Assembly: GCA_937885645.1 (NCBI GenBank) | Contig: CALABJ010000017.1 | Location: 25,270-89,269, forward strand | Source: an uncultured Clostridia bacterium | GTDB taxonomy: Bacteria; Bacillota; Clostridia; Christensenellales; CAG-917 | Reading direction: 5' to 3' | Length of the DNA stretch: 64,000 nt | Part shown: positions 1 through 9,210 of the stretch, one piece after another | How the letters are laid out: each line of letters begins with the position of its first letter | Numbering within the stretch: the first letter of the stretch is position 1 | Position numbers and translations under genes: made by a program | Notes under the pieces: generated by a model | Databases searched by the model: none | What the model saw: the letters and a program-made list of their open reading frames with translations, nothing else | What the model was told of the DNA's origin: nothing

Positions 1-92
1 TCAGCAATTCTTTTCAAAAGTTCATTTAGTTCCTTTGTAGTCAGTTTAGGAAGAGTTGACGTGTCAACTCCTGTCACTTGTACACGATTCAT
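1..92 (-). CDS. sigG: Sporulation sigma factor SigG, first ~30 codons only (gene runs off the window start)
   Basis: Minus-strand ATG at 90..92 is preceded by AAGGAG. Translation MNRVQVTGVDTSTLPKLTTKELNELLKRIA fits the SigG N-terminus pattern (V.V.GVDTS.LP.L). It lies immediately after spoIIGA-sigE, as in Bacillus. Confidence 0.65.
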   Translation of the reverse strand, partial: MNRVQVTGVDTSTLPKLTTKELNELLKRIA

Positions 93-167
93 AAAAAAAC
101 TCCTTACACAGCAGTTTTGCTATGTAAAGAGTTGTATTATTCTATAAATTGAGCATTTTTAGAAAAC

Positions 168-881
168 TTATGAGCCAAGTTTTAAGATTTCTTTTTTCAG
201 TTGAGATATGATTTTCTTCTCTAGCCTTGAAATATATGACTGAGATATTCCCATCATATCTGCGATTTCTTTTTGCGTCATCTCATCTTTTCCATCGAGA
301 CCAAAGCGCAATTCAACAATTTGTCGCTCTCTTGCACCTAGTTTTGAAAAGGTTGCTCTCAACATTTCCTTCTCGTCCTTTTCCTCTACTCCGTGATAAA
401 TTTCGTCGGGGTCACTGCCTAGGACGTCGCTGAGCATAAGCACGTTGCCTTCATAGTCCGTATTCAACGGCTCATACAAAGACACTTCTGCTTTCATTTT
501 GCTTGTCTTTCTCAGATACATCAAAATTTCATTTTCAATGCACCTTGAAGCAAACGTAGCCAGTTTTATGTTTTTGTTTGGGTCATAGCCTGATATTGAC
601 TTAATGAGACCGATTGTGCCGATTGACACCAAATCGTCAAGTTCCACCCTTGTGTTGTCAAATTTCTTTGCTATGTACACAACTAGACGAAGATTTCTTT
701 CTATCAACGTAAGTCGGGCGTTTTCATCTCCTGACAACATTCGTCTTACCGTTTCTTGCTCTTGCTCAGGTGTCAATGGAGACGGCAGACTTTCACCAGA
801 AGATATGTAATCTACGCTATTTTCCGCCTTAAAGCCTAAAAAACGTAGTATTTTTGTCAAAAGTTTACGTAGCATAAGCAT
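168..881 (-). CDS. sigE: Sporulation sigma factor SigE (pro-sigma-E)
   Basis: 237 aa. Near-colinear with B. subtilis pro-sigma-E (IERNLRLVVYIAKKF, KLATFASRCIENEILMYLR, MGISQSYISRLEKKII). Has an N-terminal pro-sequence and directly follows spoIIGA. Confidence 0.93.
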   Translation of the reverse strand: MLMLRKLLTKILRFLGFKAENSVDYISSGESLPSPLTPEQEQETVRRMLSGDENARLTLIERNLRLVVYIAKKFDNTRVELDDLVSIGTIGLIKSISGYDPNKNIKLATFASRCIENEILMYLRKTSKMKAEVSLYEPLNTDYEGNVLMLSDVLGSDPDEIYHGVEEKDEKEMLRATFSKLGARERQIVELRFGLDGKDEMTQKEIADMMGISQSYISRLEKKIISQLKKEILKLGS

Positions 882-894
882 TCCCCTTCAAATT

Positions 895-1659
895 TCATTT
901 ATACGTCAAGGTGTTTTGCAAAATCAAATCACAACCTTTCATATCTTGCTCAGTAAGTGCACCGAAGCAATTATATGTATTTTGTCCACACCTCACCTCT
1001 TCAAGTTCAATTATGGGCATAGAACTTTCACCATTAACAGTCTTTACGTCCACAAATCCGTCATAAATGACGGAGTCCCCGTGGCGAATTAAATCTACTG
1101 CCGCTTTTGACAACAAAACCACTGGTCTTCCTGTCAGAGTGTCAGTCAAAGTATTTCCGCTGTCATAAAAACCTTTGAGCCACACAACTTTCCCTTTATA
1201 TTTCACTGAAACATCAAAAGTTTCCTTGCTATAAGCAGGCTTTTTGTGCAAAACGAACCACAAAACACCTTCCATAATGAGGATTGACAGCACAAGCACA
1301 CCAAGTACGGCATAACTTTTGAGATCAACACCAGTTAGGCTTGACAGTCCATACACTCCCCCTCCTAAGGCAAAGGTCAAAATAACGTACAACACCAATG
1401 AAACAATATAATCTTTCACCGAGGAGTACTTATCCACAATGACTACAAGCAGTGGGGCTAGTAAAATTTTGATAACTATTTGTATGACGGATGGCGCAAG
1501 AGGATACAAGACTGCAACAACAGTGCCGATGATGGCCGACAATGTTTGCCTGATCTTTTTCACTTTACGCCGTCTGCATAATGAAGTCGTGATCCCCAAA
1601 AGAAGATCGATCAAAAGGTTGTTGAAGATCACAATTTCCACATACACCGTCACAGGCAT
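895..1659 (-). CDS. spoIIGA: Sigma-E processing peptidase SpoIIGA
   Basis: 254 aa with N-terminal multi-TM region plus a C-terminal domain carrying the aspartic-protease-like motif FYDSGN. Synteny is ftsZ-spoIIGA-sigE. No Shine-Dalgarno before the ATG, so the exact start is uncertain. Confidence 0.85.
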   Translation of the reverse strand: MPVTVYVEIVIFNNLLIDLLLGITTSLCRRRKVKKIRQTLSAIIGTVVAVLYPLAPSVIQIVIKILLAPLLVVIVDKYSSVKDYIVSLVLYVILTFALGGGVYGLSSLTGVDLKSYAVLGVLVLSILIMEGVLWFVLHKKPAYSKETFDVSVKYKGKVVWLKGFYDSGNTLTDTLTGRPVVLLSKAAVDLIRHGDSVIYDGFVDVKTVNGESSMPIIELEEVRCGQNTYNCFGALTEQDMKGCDLILQNTLTYK

Positions 1660-1755
1660 ATAGTAGGACTGTGCAGGTGCAAATGCTTTCCGTTTGTGTC
1701 GTTAAGGAATAAATAATTTAATGAAAATAATGCAAAACAGATATTCTAATTGGGT

Positions 1756-1786
1756 AAAATAAAAAGCCCACGAAAATTCGTGGGCT
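1756..1786 (-). terminator. Rho-independent terminator after ftsZ
   Basis: AGCCCACG-N6-CGTGGGCT stem followed by a T-run on the minus strand. Confidence 0.7.
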
Positions 1787-1811
1787 TCAACAATTTTATA
1801 GCAAGGACTAA

Positions 1812-3224
1812 TTATTGACGGTCGCCTCTGATTCTTCTAAGGAATGCGGGGACTTGCTTTCCGCTTCTTGTATAGTCAATGCGTGAAGTTTGAACTTCTT
1901 CTTCGTAGACGGGTTCTTGCACAGGTTGAGGTGCGGGTGCTTCAACCACAGGTGCAGGACGTGTGAAGACAGGTCTTGAAACAAAGAGTTGTTCGGGTTC
2001 TTCTTCCTTGACGGGTTCCTCTTCGATGGTTGCTGCAACTTCTTCTGCTGTTGAAAGTGCTGCTGCCACAGGCTTGCCACTGACGATAGGTGTTGAACCT
2101 ATGCTACGTGCAGGTGCTGCATTTTTGTCCATGAAACCGGTTGCGATGATTGTGATTTCAATATCCTTCTTGTCGGGGACAAATGCAGTGCCAAGAATGA
2201 TGTTTGCAGTGGGATCAACAACTTGTTTGACGATGTCGCATGCTTCGGTGACTTCGCTGAGGAGCATATCTTCACCACCACTGATGTTGACGATGATGCC
2301 AGTTGCGCCTTCGATGTCTGTTTCGAGGAGGGGTGAGAACACTGCTCCGCGGACTGCTTCGATGACTCTCTTTTCGCCTTTGCCGTAGCCAATACCCATG
2401 TGAGCAAGACCTTTGTTGCGAAGGACTGTTCTGACGTCTGCAAAGTCAAGGTTGATGAGTTCAGGATTTGCGATGACGTCACTGACGCCTTGGACACCTT
2501 GACGGAGAACGTCGTCTGCGATTTCAAATGCGCGCTTGAATGAAACGTTTTTGTCGAGAACTTCGATGAGTTTTTGGTTGGGGATGACAAGAAGTGTATC
2601 CACAAAGTTTTGAAGGTTTCTGATGCCCATTTCTGCATTCTTCATACGAAGTGCACCTTCAAAGTTGAAAGGCTTTGTGACGACTGCAACTGTCAAAATA
2701 CCCATTGATTTTGCGATTTCTGCAATGACGGGTGCTGCACCGGTGCCTGTTCCGCCACCCATACCTGCGGTGACAAACAAAAGGTCTATGCCTTTCAGTG
2801 CTGCCTTGATGGTTTCGCGTGATTCTTCAGCAGCAAGTCTGCCAACTTCGGGATCTGAACCTGCGCCAAGACCACCGGTTTGTGAATTGCCCAGTTGAAT
2901 TTTGCATTGAGGGGGAACGAGTGACATATTGAGAGCTTGAAGGTCGGTGTTCATCACAACAAAACTTGCGCTCTTGATGCCAGCGCGGATCATGTTGTTG
3001 ACAGCGTTGTTTCCGCCACCGCCTACACCAACGACAACGATATTTGCCTTGCCGGGTGTTTTTCTTGAAACAGGCTCTTGATGGACAACGGGTTTTTCGT
3101 CCTTGTAGTTTTGGACTTCTTCCACGACGTCGTCAAAAGTTTGTTCGAGGATGCCATCATTCTCTTCTTCAACTTCGGGAGTTTCAGGAATATCGTTGAG
3201 TCCGTATTTGTCAAAATCTATCAT
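1812..3224 (-). CDS. ftsZ: Cell division protein FtsZ with a long C-terminal linker
   Basis: 470 aa. Tubulin signature GGGTGTGAAPV, plus GVGGGGNNAVNNM. The P/E/V-rich linker of roughly 100 aa ends in a conserved basic C-terminal peptide (IPAFLRR). Confidence 0.97.
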   Translation of the reverse strand: MIDFDKYGLNDIPETPEVEEENDGILEQTFDDVVEEVQNYKDEKPVVHQEPVSRKTPGKANIVVVGVGGGGNNAVNNMIRAGIKSASFVVMNTDLQALNMSLVPPQCKIQLGNSQTGGLGAGSDPEVGRLAAEESRETIKAALKGIDLLFVTAGMGGGTGTGAAPVIAEIAKSMGILTVAVVTKPFNFEGALRMKNAEMGIRNLQNFVDTLLVIPNQKLIEVLDKNVSFKRAFEIADDVLRQGVQGVSDVIANPELINLDFADVRTVLRNKGLAHMGIGYGKGEKRVIEAVRGAVFSPLLETDIEGATGIIVNISGGEDMLLSEVTEACDIVKQVVDPTANIILGTAFVPDKKDIEITIIATGFMDKNAAPARSIGSTPIVSGKPVAAALSTAEEVAATIEEEPVKEEEPEQLFVSRPVFTRPAPVVEAPAPQPVQEPVYEEEVQTSRIDYTRSGKQVPAFLRRIRGDRQ

Positions 3225-4390
3225 AAGTTACCTCCGTTTATTACACGTTTAAATAATCCGCCAATCTTTGAATTGGACAGTGTTTCAGCAACCACCAACA
3301 GTGAGATTTTTGATGAATTGCAGGGTTTTGCATATCCGGGCAGTTTGGGCATGACGATGTCAACGTTCATGCCGAGGGTGGAGCTGAGATATTTTTTGAC
3401 TCCACGGATTGAAGCCACGCCTTCGCCTGTGAGATACACGGGTGCATAAGGAGGCAACTTCACATTTGACTGCTCAATTATATCGTAGATGATCTCTGCA
3501 AAGAGATCCAATTTTTCTCTTACAACTTCTGAGGCATCTGCTCCGCAGATGATTTGGTCAGCATCTGCCACAAGCACCGAGCCTTCTTGGTAGTTGAGGT
3601 TGAGGTCGACAAGTTCTCTTGCTTGCTCTGCAAGTTCAAAGTCAACGTTCATAGCCTCGCACATATCCGCAGAGATGTGTCCGCCACCAAGTGAGAAAGA
3701 TCTCATAAACTCAACGCCTTCCCCTCTGCCCACGATGACTGAAGATGAAATATAACCGATGTCAACAAGGACGTAGGGATCATCACGTTCTTCTTTTTCA
3801 AAAATAGTGATGCCTTCTGCCCAAGCAGTTGAGATATACTTCACGTCTTTGAAACCAAGTGACGCAACGATTTCATCAAAGAAACGTGTGAAACTCTTTT
3901 CACAAAGGATATAGGACACTGTGCCCACAACCTTTGATGCCACAAGACCGCGCACGTCACGATAAAGTCTGTCTGAAGTGTTGATTGAGAATGAGATGGG
4001 TGATGAGTTGATGAGAGCAAACTTGCTTCCGTCAAACGTATCGCCTTTCTTCAAAAGAAAATCTATGTCAGCATCAACGATGCGACGCTCTCTGTCAAGG
4101 GTGATTGCCACGTCTTTTTTCACCACAGCCGTAAATTCTGCAGGGACGCCAATGAAAATCCTCTTTGTGTGGGACTCTGCACTGCGCATTGCTTCTTTCA
4201 AGACTGCCATGGCAACACTTCTAGTATCATCAGCATCGAACCATTCACCCTGTTCATAGCCTGAATGTTCCTTTTCAACAACCGCTTTAATGCCGAAAAC
4301 GCTCTGCGCCTTTTTCACGCCCACGATGGCGCTGATAAGACGAGAACTGACGTCCAGCACGGCGATGTCTTTTGTGAAAATATTTGCCAT
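3221..4390 (-). CDS. ftsA: Cell division protein FtsA (actin-like ATPase)
   Basis: Directly upstream of ftsZ and overlapping it by 4 nt. Actin-fold motifs DIGYISSSV and GGGHIS. I moved the start to MANIFTKD (ATG at 4390, AAGGGGA 5 nt upstream) rather than the ORF-track start at 4435. Confidence 0.85.
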   Translation of the reverse strand: MANIFTKDIAVLDVSSRLISAIVGVKKAQSVFGIKAVVEKEHSGYEQGEWFDADDTRSVAMAVLKEAMRSAESHTKRIFIGVPAEFTAVVKKDVAITLDRERRIVDADIDFLLKKGDTFDGSKFALINSSPISFSINTSDRLYRDVRGLVASKVVGTVSYILCEKSFTRFFDEIVASLGFKDVKYISTAWAEGITIFEKEERDDPYVLVDIGYISSSVIVGRGEGVEFMRSFSLGGGHISADMCEAMNVDFELAEQARELVDLNLNYQEGSVLVADADQIICGADASEVVREKLDLFAEIIYDIIEQSNVKLPPYAPVYLTGEGVASIRGVKKYLSSTLGMNVDIVMPKLPGYAKPCNSSKISLLVVAETLSNSKIGGLFKRVINGGNL

Positions 4391-4537
4391 AAGTCCCCTT
4401 GAGCACGCGCACACATTGCGTGTGTGCACGTACACGTTAATTTATTCTATAATTTATTATATAATATAATACGGACTTGTCAAGAATTTTTTTATATTTT
4501 TTCAAAAATTTTGAAATTTTTTAATTTACTTTGTAAA

Positions 4538-5791
4538 TTAAACATTTTTTCTGACAATTTTTGCCTGAAGATTTGAGAATAAATATTCGATGTTTTCATA
4601 GCCTCTGTCAATATGCTCTACCCCACCGACCTTCGTGACACCTTTCGCTTTCAGCCCCGCAACAACAAGACCGGCACCTCCGCGCAAGTCGGTTGCAGTG
4701 ACATCTGCACCCAAAACATTCTTTCCTCTAATCAGCAATTTATCTTTGAAAACGTTGATTTCCGCACCCATCTTTTGCAATTCATTTGCATACAAAAATC
4801 TATTTTCAAAAACTTTTTCTTCAACCAAACTCTCCCCTCTGAGTTGACAAAGCATTGCCGTTGCTATGGGCTGTAAGTCAGTTGGGAATTTTGGATATGG
4901 GCCACTGAAAACGTCAAAAGGCTCAATTTGCCCATCGCTTTCAACCGTCACTCCGCCAACTGAGTCAATGACGACAAAATGTTTGGATACAAGTTTGGTG
5001 ACAAGTGCCCCTAGGTGTCTTATGTCGCAACCCTCAACGCGCACTTTTCCTCCAGTCAGTGCCACGGCAAGTATAATTGTGCCTGCCACAATTCTGTCAG
5101 TGACCGGCGTCACCGTTGTGCCGTACAGGCTTTCAACTCCTTGTATCTTTATGACCGACGTGCCTGCCCCTTGGATTTTTGCACCCATACCAATGAACAT
5201 ATCACAAAGTGACACCACCTCGGGCTCTCTTGCAACACCTATGAGTGTGGTTTTGCCCTTTGCTTTCACTGCAGCTGAAATCAAATTTTCAGTTGCACCG
5301 ACGCTTGGATATCGAAGCACTATTTCCGCTCCGTGAAGTCTATCCGCAGAGCACTCTACTCCGTCATCTAAAAGGCGGATTCTTGCACCTAGTTTTTCAA
5401 GTCCGTCAAGGTGAATATCAATGGGACGAGCACCGATTTTGCAACCGCCTGGGGTGTGCAATTTCACTTTGCCTGTTTCCACTAGAAGCGGACCTAGCAT
5501 AAAAACCGATGACCTCATAACTCCCGCCAAGTGCTCAGGAATATGATTGTTTTCAACCTTGCCAGAGGCAACAATATCTCTCCCATGCCAAGTTGTTTTA
5601 AGTGAAAGACACTCTCGTATTTTCACCATATTTTCTACGTCACTTATGTGGGGACAATCCTTTATCACAACGCTTTCGCTTGTGAGCATTGCGCCTGCAA
5701 GCATAGGTAAAACCGCATTTTTTGCAGAATAAACCTTGGTTTTGCCAAAAAGAGGATTCCCTCCAACTATCTCAAAATACTCATTTCTCAT
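4538..5791 (-). CDS. murA: UDP-N-acetylglucosamine 1-carboxyvinyltransferase MurA
   Basis: 417 aa EPSP-synthase-fold enzyme with the active-site region TPGGCKIGARPIDIHL. Confidence 0.93.
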   Translation of the reverse strand: MRNEYFEIVGGNPLFGKTKVYSAKNAVLPMLAGAMLTSESVVIKDCPHISDVENMVKIRECLSLKTTWHGRDIVASGKVENNHIPEHLAGVMRSSVFMLGPLLVETGKVKLHTPGGCKIGARPIDIHLDGLEKLGARIRLLDDGVECSADRLHGAEIVLRYPSVGATENLISAAVKAKGKTTLIGVAREPEVVSLCDMFIGMGAKIQGAGTSVIKIQGVESLYGTTVTPVTDRIVAGTIILAVALTGGKVRVEGCDIRHLGALVTKLVSKHFVVIDSVGGVTVESDGQIEPFDVFSGPYPKFPTDLQPIATAMLCQLRGESLVEEKVFENRFLYANELQKMGAEINVFKDKLLIRGKNVLGADVTATDLRGGAGLVVAGLKAKGVTKVGGVEHIDRGYENIEYLFSNLQAKIVRKNV

Positions 5792-6917
5792 AACTCAATT
5801 CCCAGTTGTTTACTCCAACAAGATTGCCGATTTTTGATTGCCTCGACACGTTCATCAAAAGCCCTATTGCCATAAGATACGCCACAAGTGAACTGCCTCC
5901 TGCGCTGACAAAAGGAAGAGGCAATCCCGTTGGCGGAATTGCACCGCATACCACTGCAATATTCAGGGCAGTCTGCACTGCAAGGACAGCGGTTATTCCA
6001 GTTGCAAGATATGATGAAAATCTGTCTTTTGCACGGACCGCCACCATCCAACCTTTGACCACAATAAACAAGAAAAGTGCCACCACAAGCAGTATACCGA
6101 CAAACCCTATTTCCTCACCTATTACAGACAAAATGAAATCACTTTCCGCAAAGGGCAAAAACAAATATTTTTGTCTAGAGTTGCCTATGCCCACTCCAAA
6201 CAATCCGCCCGACCCAAGAGCATAATATGACTGAATCAGTTGATAACCTTCGTCAAGAGGTGACGCCCACGGATCCACAAAGGCAAGCAGTCGGCGTATT
6301 CGATACGGCTCTGAAAATATGAGAGCCACTCCTGCCGCCAAAACAGGCAAACCTATTGCAATCAAGTGTTTGAATTTTGCTCCGCCCACAAATATCATCA
6401 ATACTAGCACCAAAACAACACAAATTGTGATGGACATGTTCGGCTCAAGTATGAGAAGAAGCGCAACAGCTCCCCCAATCAAAAACAGCAACATTAGTTT
6501 TAGGAAGGTGTCTGCGCCCTTGTCTGCCATAACCTTTGCGAGCATTATCACCATGCCGAACTTCGCGTATTCGCTGGGCTGTATAGTGAAAAATCCAAGA
6601 TTAAGCCACCGCTTTGCCCCATAACTTTCAACACCTAAAACAGGCACGAAGACAAGAGTTAAAAGCACAAGTGAAACTATGTATATGGGCAGTGCCACCT
6701 TTTTCACCTTTCTTAGGTCAACAAAGGTCATTCCTGCCATAAAAAGAACGCCTACAAATAGTGCCAATCCTTGTGTTTTCACATAGTGAAAAGAGTCGCC
6801 AAGTTGCACCTCAGCGGAATAACTCGAAGCGGAATATATGAAGACTAAACCTATTGCAGAAAGCAATATAGCAACTAGCCCCAAAGATATGTCAAAATCT
6901 ATGATTTTGCGCTTCAT
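5781..6917 (-). CDS. ftsW: SEDS-family peptidoglycan polymerase FtsW/SpoVE/RodA
   Basis: 378 aa polytopic membrane protein with SEDS motifs (QPSEYAKF, GLPLPFVSAGGSS). Sits between murD and murA. Confidence 0.9.
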   Translation of the reverse strand: MKRKIIDFDISLGLVAILLSAIGLVFIYSASSYSAEVQLGDSFHYVKTQGLALFVGVLFMAGMTFVDLRKVKKVALPIYIVSLVLLTLVFVPVLGVESYGAKRWLNLGFFTIQPSEYAKFGMVIMLAKVMADKGADTFLKLMLLFLIGGAVALLLILEPNMSITICVVLVLVLMIFVGGAKFKHLIAIGLPVLAAGVALIFSEPYRIRRLLAFVDPWASPLDEGYQLIQSYYALGSGGLFGVGIGNSRQKYLFLPFAESDFILSVIGEEIGFVGILLVVALFLFIVVKGWMVAVRAKDRFSSYLATGITAVLAVQTALNIAVVCGAIPPTGLPLPFVSAGGSSLVAYLMAIGLLMNVSRQSKIGNLVGVNNWELSYEK

Positions 6918-8203
6918 TTTAGTCTGGCAACAACTTTGTCAAAGAACTTGCCCCGCTCTTCATAGTTTTTGAAACTATCAAAGCTTTTGCTTGCAGGAGA
7001 AAATAGCAGATTGTTTTCGCCCTGTTCAACCGCAATAGTCATGCCCTTCAAAACAGCGTCTTCAAGATTATCCGCTATAATTATTGAAAAGCCATATTTG
7101 TCTGCAGAGGCAAAAACGTCTTCTCTGTTTTCACCATAGACGACAACTGCAACCACCTTTTTTGGCAACCCGCAAAAAAGTTGGTCAAAGTCTTCACTTC
7201 CCTTTGCACCACCAACCAGCAAAATCGTGTCTCCATCCATAGCATTGACCGCAGACAAAGTTGAAGCGACGTTGGTTGCTTTGCTGTCGTTGAATACAGA
7301 AATTCCATTTATTTCTGCGACTTTTTGCCGTCTATATTGAGGACGCTTGTATGAGCAAAGTGCCGTTGCAACGGTAAATTTGCTTATGCCTTTGCGCATC
7401 GTCACCGCAACTGCGGCGAGGACGTTTTCAATTTCTGCGCCTTTTACGTCAAGGTCGGCAAGCTCAACAACAATCATACCCTTGTAGCAAACAAAACCAG
7501 ATGACAAATATGCACCGTCCACTGGGTGTGTTGCACTGAAAGGGATTTTCTCCCCTTTCATATATGGCACTAGACCCTTGATGACTTTGTCATCATCGTT
7601 ATAGACAACCACATCACACTCACATTGGTGCATAAAGATGTTTGATTTTGCACTGACATATCTTTCAAAAGTTTGATGTCTATCTAGGTGATCGGGAGTG
7701 ATATTCAAAAGCACCGCATAGTCGGGCGAAAAGGTTCTTACACTTTCAAGTTGAAAACTTGAAACCTCAACAACCGCAGTATCCAGTGCGTCAAGCTTGT
7801 CAGCAATAGACGAAAATGCCACGCCAATATTGCCCACTGCTCTTGAACTGACATGCGCGCACTTCAAAATGTGATCTATGAGGGTGACGGTTGTAGTCTT
7901 TCCATTTGTGCCGGTGACGGCAATTTGCTCTCCTACACAAAATGAAGATGCCAGTTCGATTTCACTGACGACAGTCTTTCCTTCAAGTCGCGCATCTAAA
8001 ACATAGGGATTTCCGCTTTCAATGCCGGGGCTTAACACAATCAAATCGGCACGAGCAAATACCCCTGCCGATGACGTTGTATGAGGGCGGTCGTAGTCAT
8101 CATAGATCATCACTCTTCCGCCCTTTTCCTTCACAAGCTGATATGCAGATAGTCCGCTTATTCCACCGCCATAAATCACCACGTTTTTGCCTTGAACGTT
8201 CAT
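6914..8203 (-). CDS. murD: UDP-N-acetylmuramoylalanine--D-glutamate ligase MurD
   Basis: 429 aa Mur ligase with P-loop GTNGKTT and an N-terminal Rossmann motif GGGISG. dcw position. Confidence 0.92.
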   Translation of the reverse strand: MNVQGKNVVIYGGGISGLSAYQLVKEKGGRVMIYDDYDRPHTTSSAGVFARADLIVLSPGIESGNPYVLDARLEGKTVVSEIELASSFCVGEQIAVTGTNGKTTTVTLIDHILKCAHVSSRAVGNIGVAFSSIADKLDALDTAVVEVSSFQLESVRTFSPDYAVLLNITPDHLDRHQTFERYVSAKSNIFMHQCECDVVVYNDDDKVIKGLVPYMKGEKIPFSATHPVDGAYLSSGFVCYKGMIVVELADLDVKGAEIENVLAAVAVTMRKGISKFTVATALCSYKRPQYRRQKVAEINGISVFNDSKATNVASTLSAVNAMDGDTILLVGGAKGSEDFDQLFCGLPKKVVAVVVYGENREDVFASADKYGFSIIIADNLEDAVLKGMTIAVEQGENNLLFSPASKSFDSFKNYEERGKFFDKVVARLK

Positions 8204-9210
8204 ATTCCCCTCGCAAGCACAAGGCTCACCACTCCACCTATCAAAGTGAGGGCAAAATAGACGATGCCAATGCGAGTTTCGCTCATACCTTTCATTTCAA
8301 GATGGTGATGAAACGGCGACATCAAAAACACTCTCTTCTTTGTCAGTTTATAGTGAAGCACTTGTATAATAACTGATATGCTTGACCACACAAACATTAT
8401 GCCTGCGCTGACTATAAATATGGTATTTTTGCTCATTACAGCAACGCTTGCAACGGTTGCTCCGAGGGCAAGTGACCCAGTGTCACCCATAAACACCTTT
8501 GCAGGAGAGGAGTTGAACACCAAATATCCCAAAAGTCCACCCACCATTGTCACTGATATGGCAGACAATGAAAACAGCTGTTTTGAGTATTCTACGTCGG
8601 TGTTTTCCACCTCAAAAAACTCTATGGTTAGTATGATTGAAAACACTATAAAATACCCCACCGAGGTCATCCCTGCAAGGCCGTCAAGACCATCCGTCAA
8701 ATTGACGGAATTTGTGGTCGCAATATATACAATTATGACAAAAGGTATAATCCCCCACTTGAAATCAATCTCACCATAATATGGAATATTCACCCCTGTG
8801 CCTATATATCCTGAGGCAAAAACAAAATATGCCGCAATGGCACTGAGCCCAAATTGAGCAATGATTTTTTGATATGCTTTGAGCCCTAAATTCCTGCCAA
8901 GTTTCACCTTGATGAAATCATCAAGAAAACCCACAAGCCCAAAGCCTATGGTCAAACTCATTGCAACAAGTGAAAATGCAGTGAATTCAATGAGGCACAC
9001 TATGACAAATGGAATAATAAATATTATTCCACCCATAGTGGGCGTGCCCGCTTTTGCCTCGTGTTGTACCACGTATTCAAGGATGTTTTGCCCTGTTTTC
9101 AGTCGTTTCAGCCCTTTTATGATAAGGGGCGCAACGGCAACCGCCACCACAAAAGCGCCAATGAAATACAAAGCAAGTTTCAGTGAGGGAGTCATCTTGC
9201 TTGCCCCCAC
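8200..9210 (-). CDS. mraY: Phospho-N-acetylmuramoyl-pentapeptide transferase MraY
   Basis: 336 aa polytopic protein with motifs GTPTMGG, NLTDGLDGLA and FMGDTGSLALG. The start could be the internal MTPSLKL. Confidence 0.93.
   Translation of the reverse strand: MGASKMTPSLKLALYFIGAFVVAVAVAPLIIKGLKRLKTGQNILEYVVQHEAKAGTPTMGGIIFIIPFVIVCLIEFTAFSLVAMSLTIGFGLVGFLDDFIKVKLGRNLGLKAYQKIIAQFGLSAIAAYFVFASGYIGTGVNIPYYGEIDFKWGIIPFVIIVYIATTNSVNLTDGLDGLAGMTSVGYFIVFSIILTIEFFEVENTDVEYSKQLFSLSAISVTMVGGLLGYLVFNSSPAKVFMGDTGSLALGATVASVAVMSKNTIFIVSAGIMFVWSSISVIIQVLHYKLTKKRVFLMSPFHHHLEMKGMSETRIGIVYFALTLIGGVVSLVLARGI

Noticed and set aside
1660-1760. Spo0A box (TGTCGTT at about 1706..1712, plus strand) in the spoIIGA upstream region
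   Set aside because: It is a single imperfect match to TGTCGAA in an AT-rich region. I could not define a convincing -35/-10 around it, so it is too weak to call.
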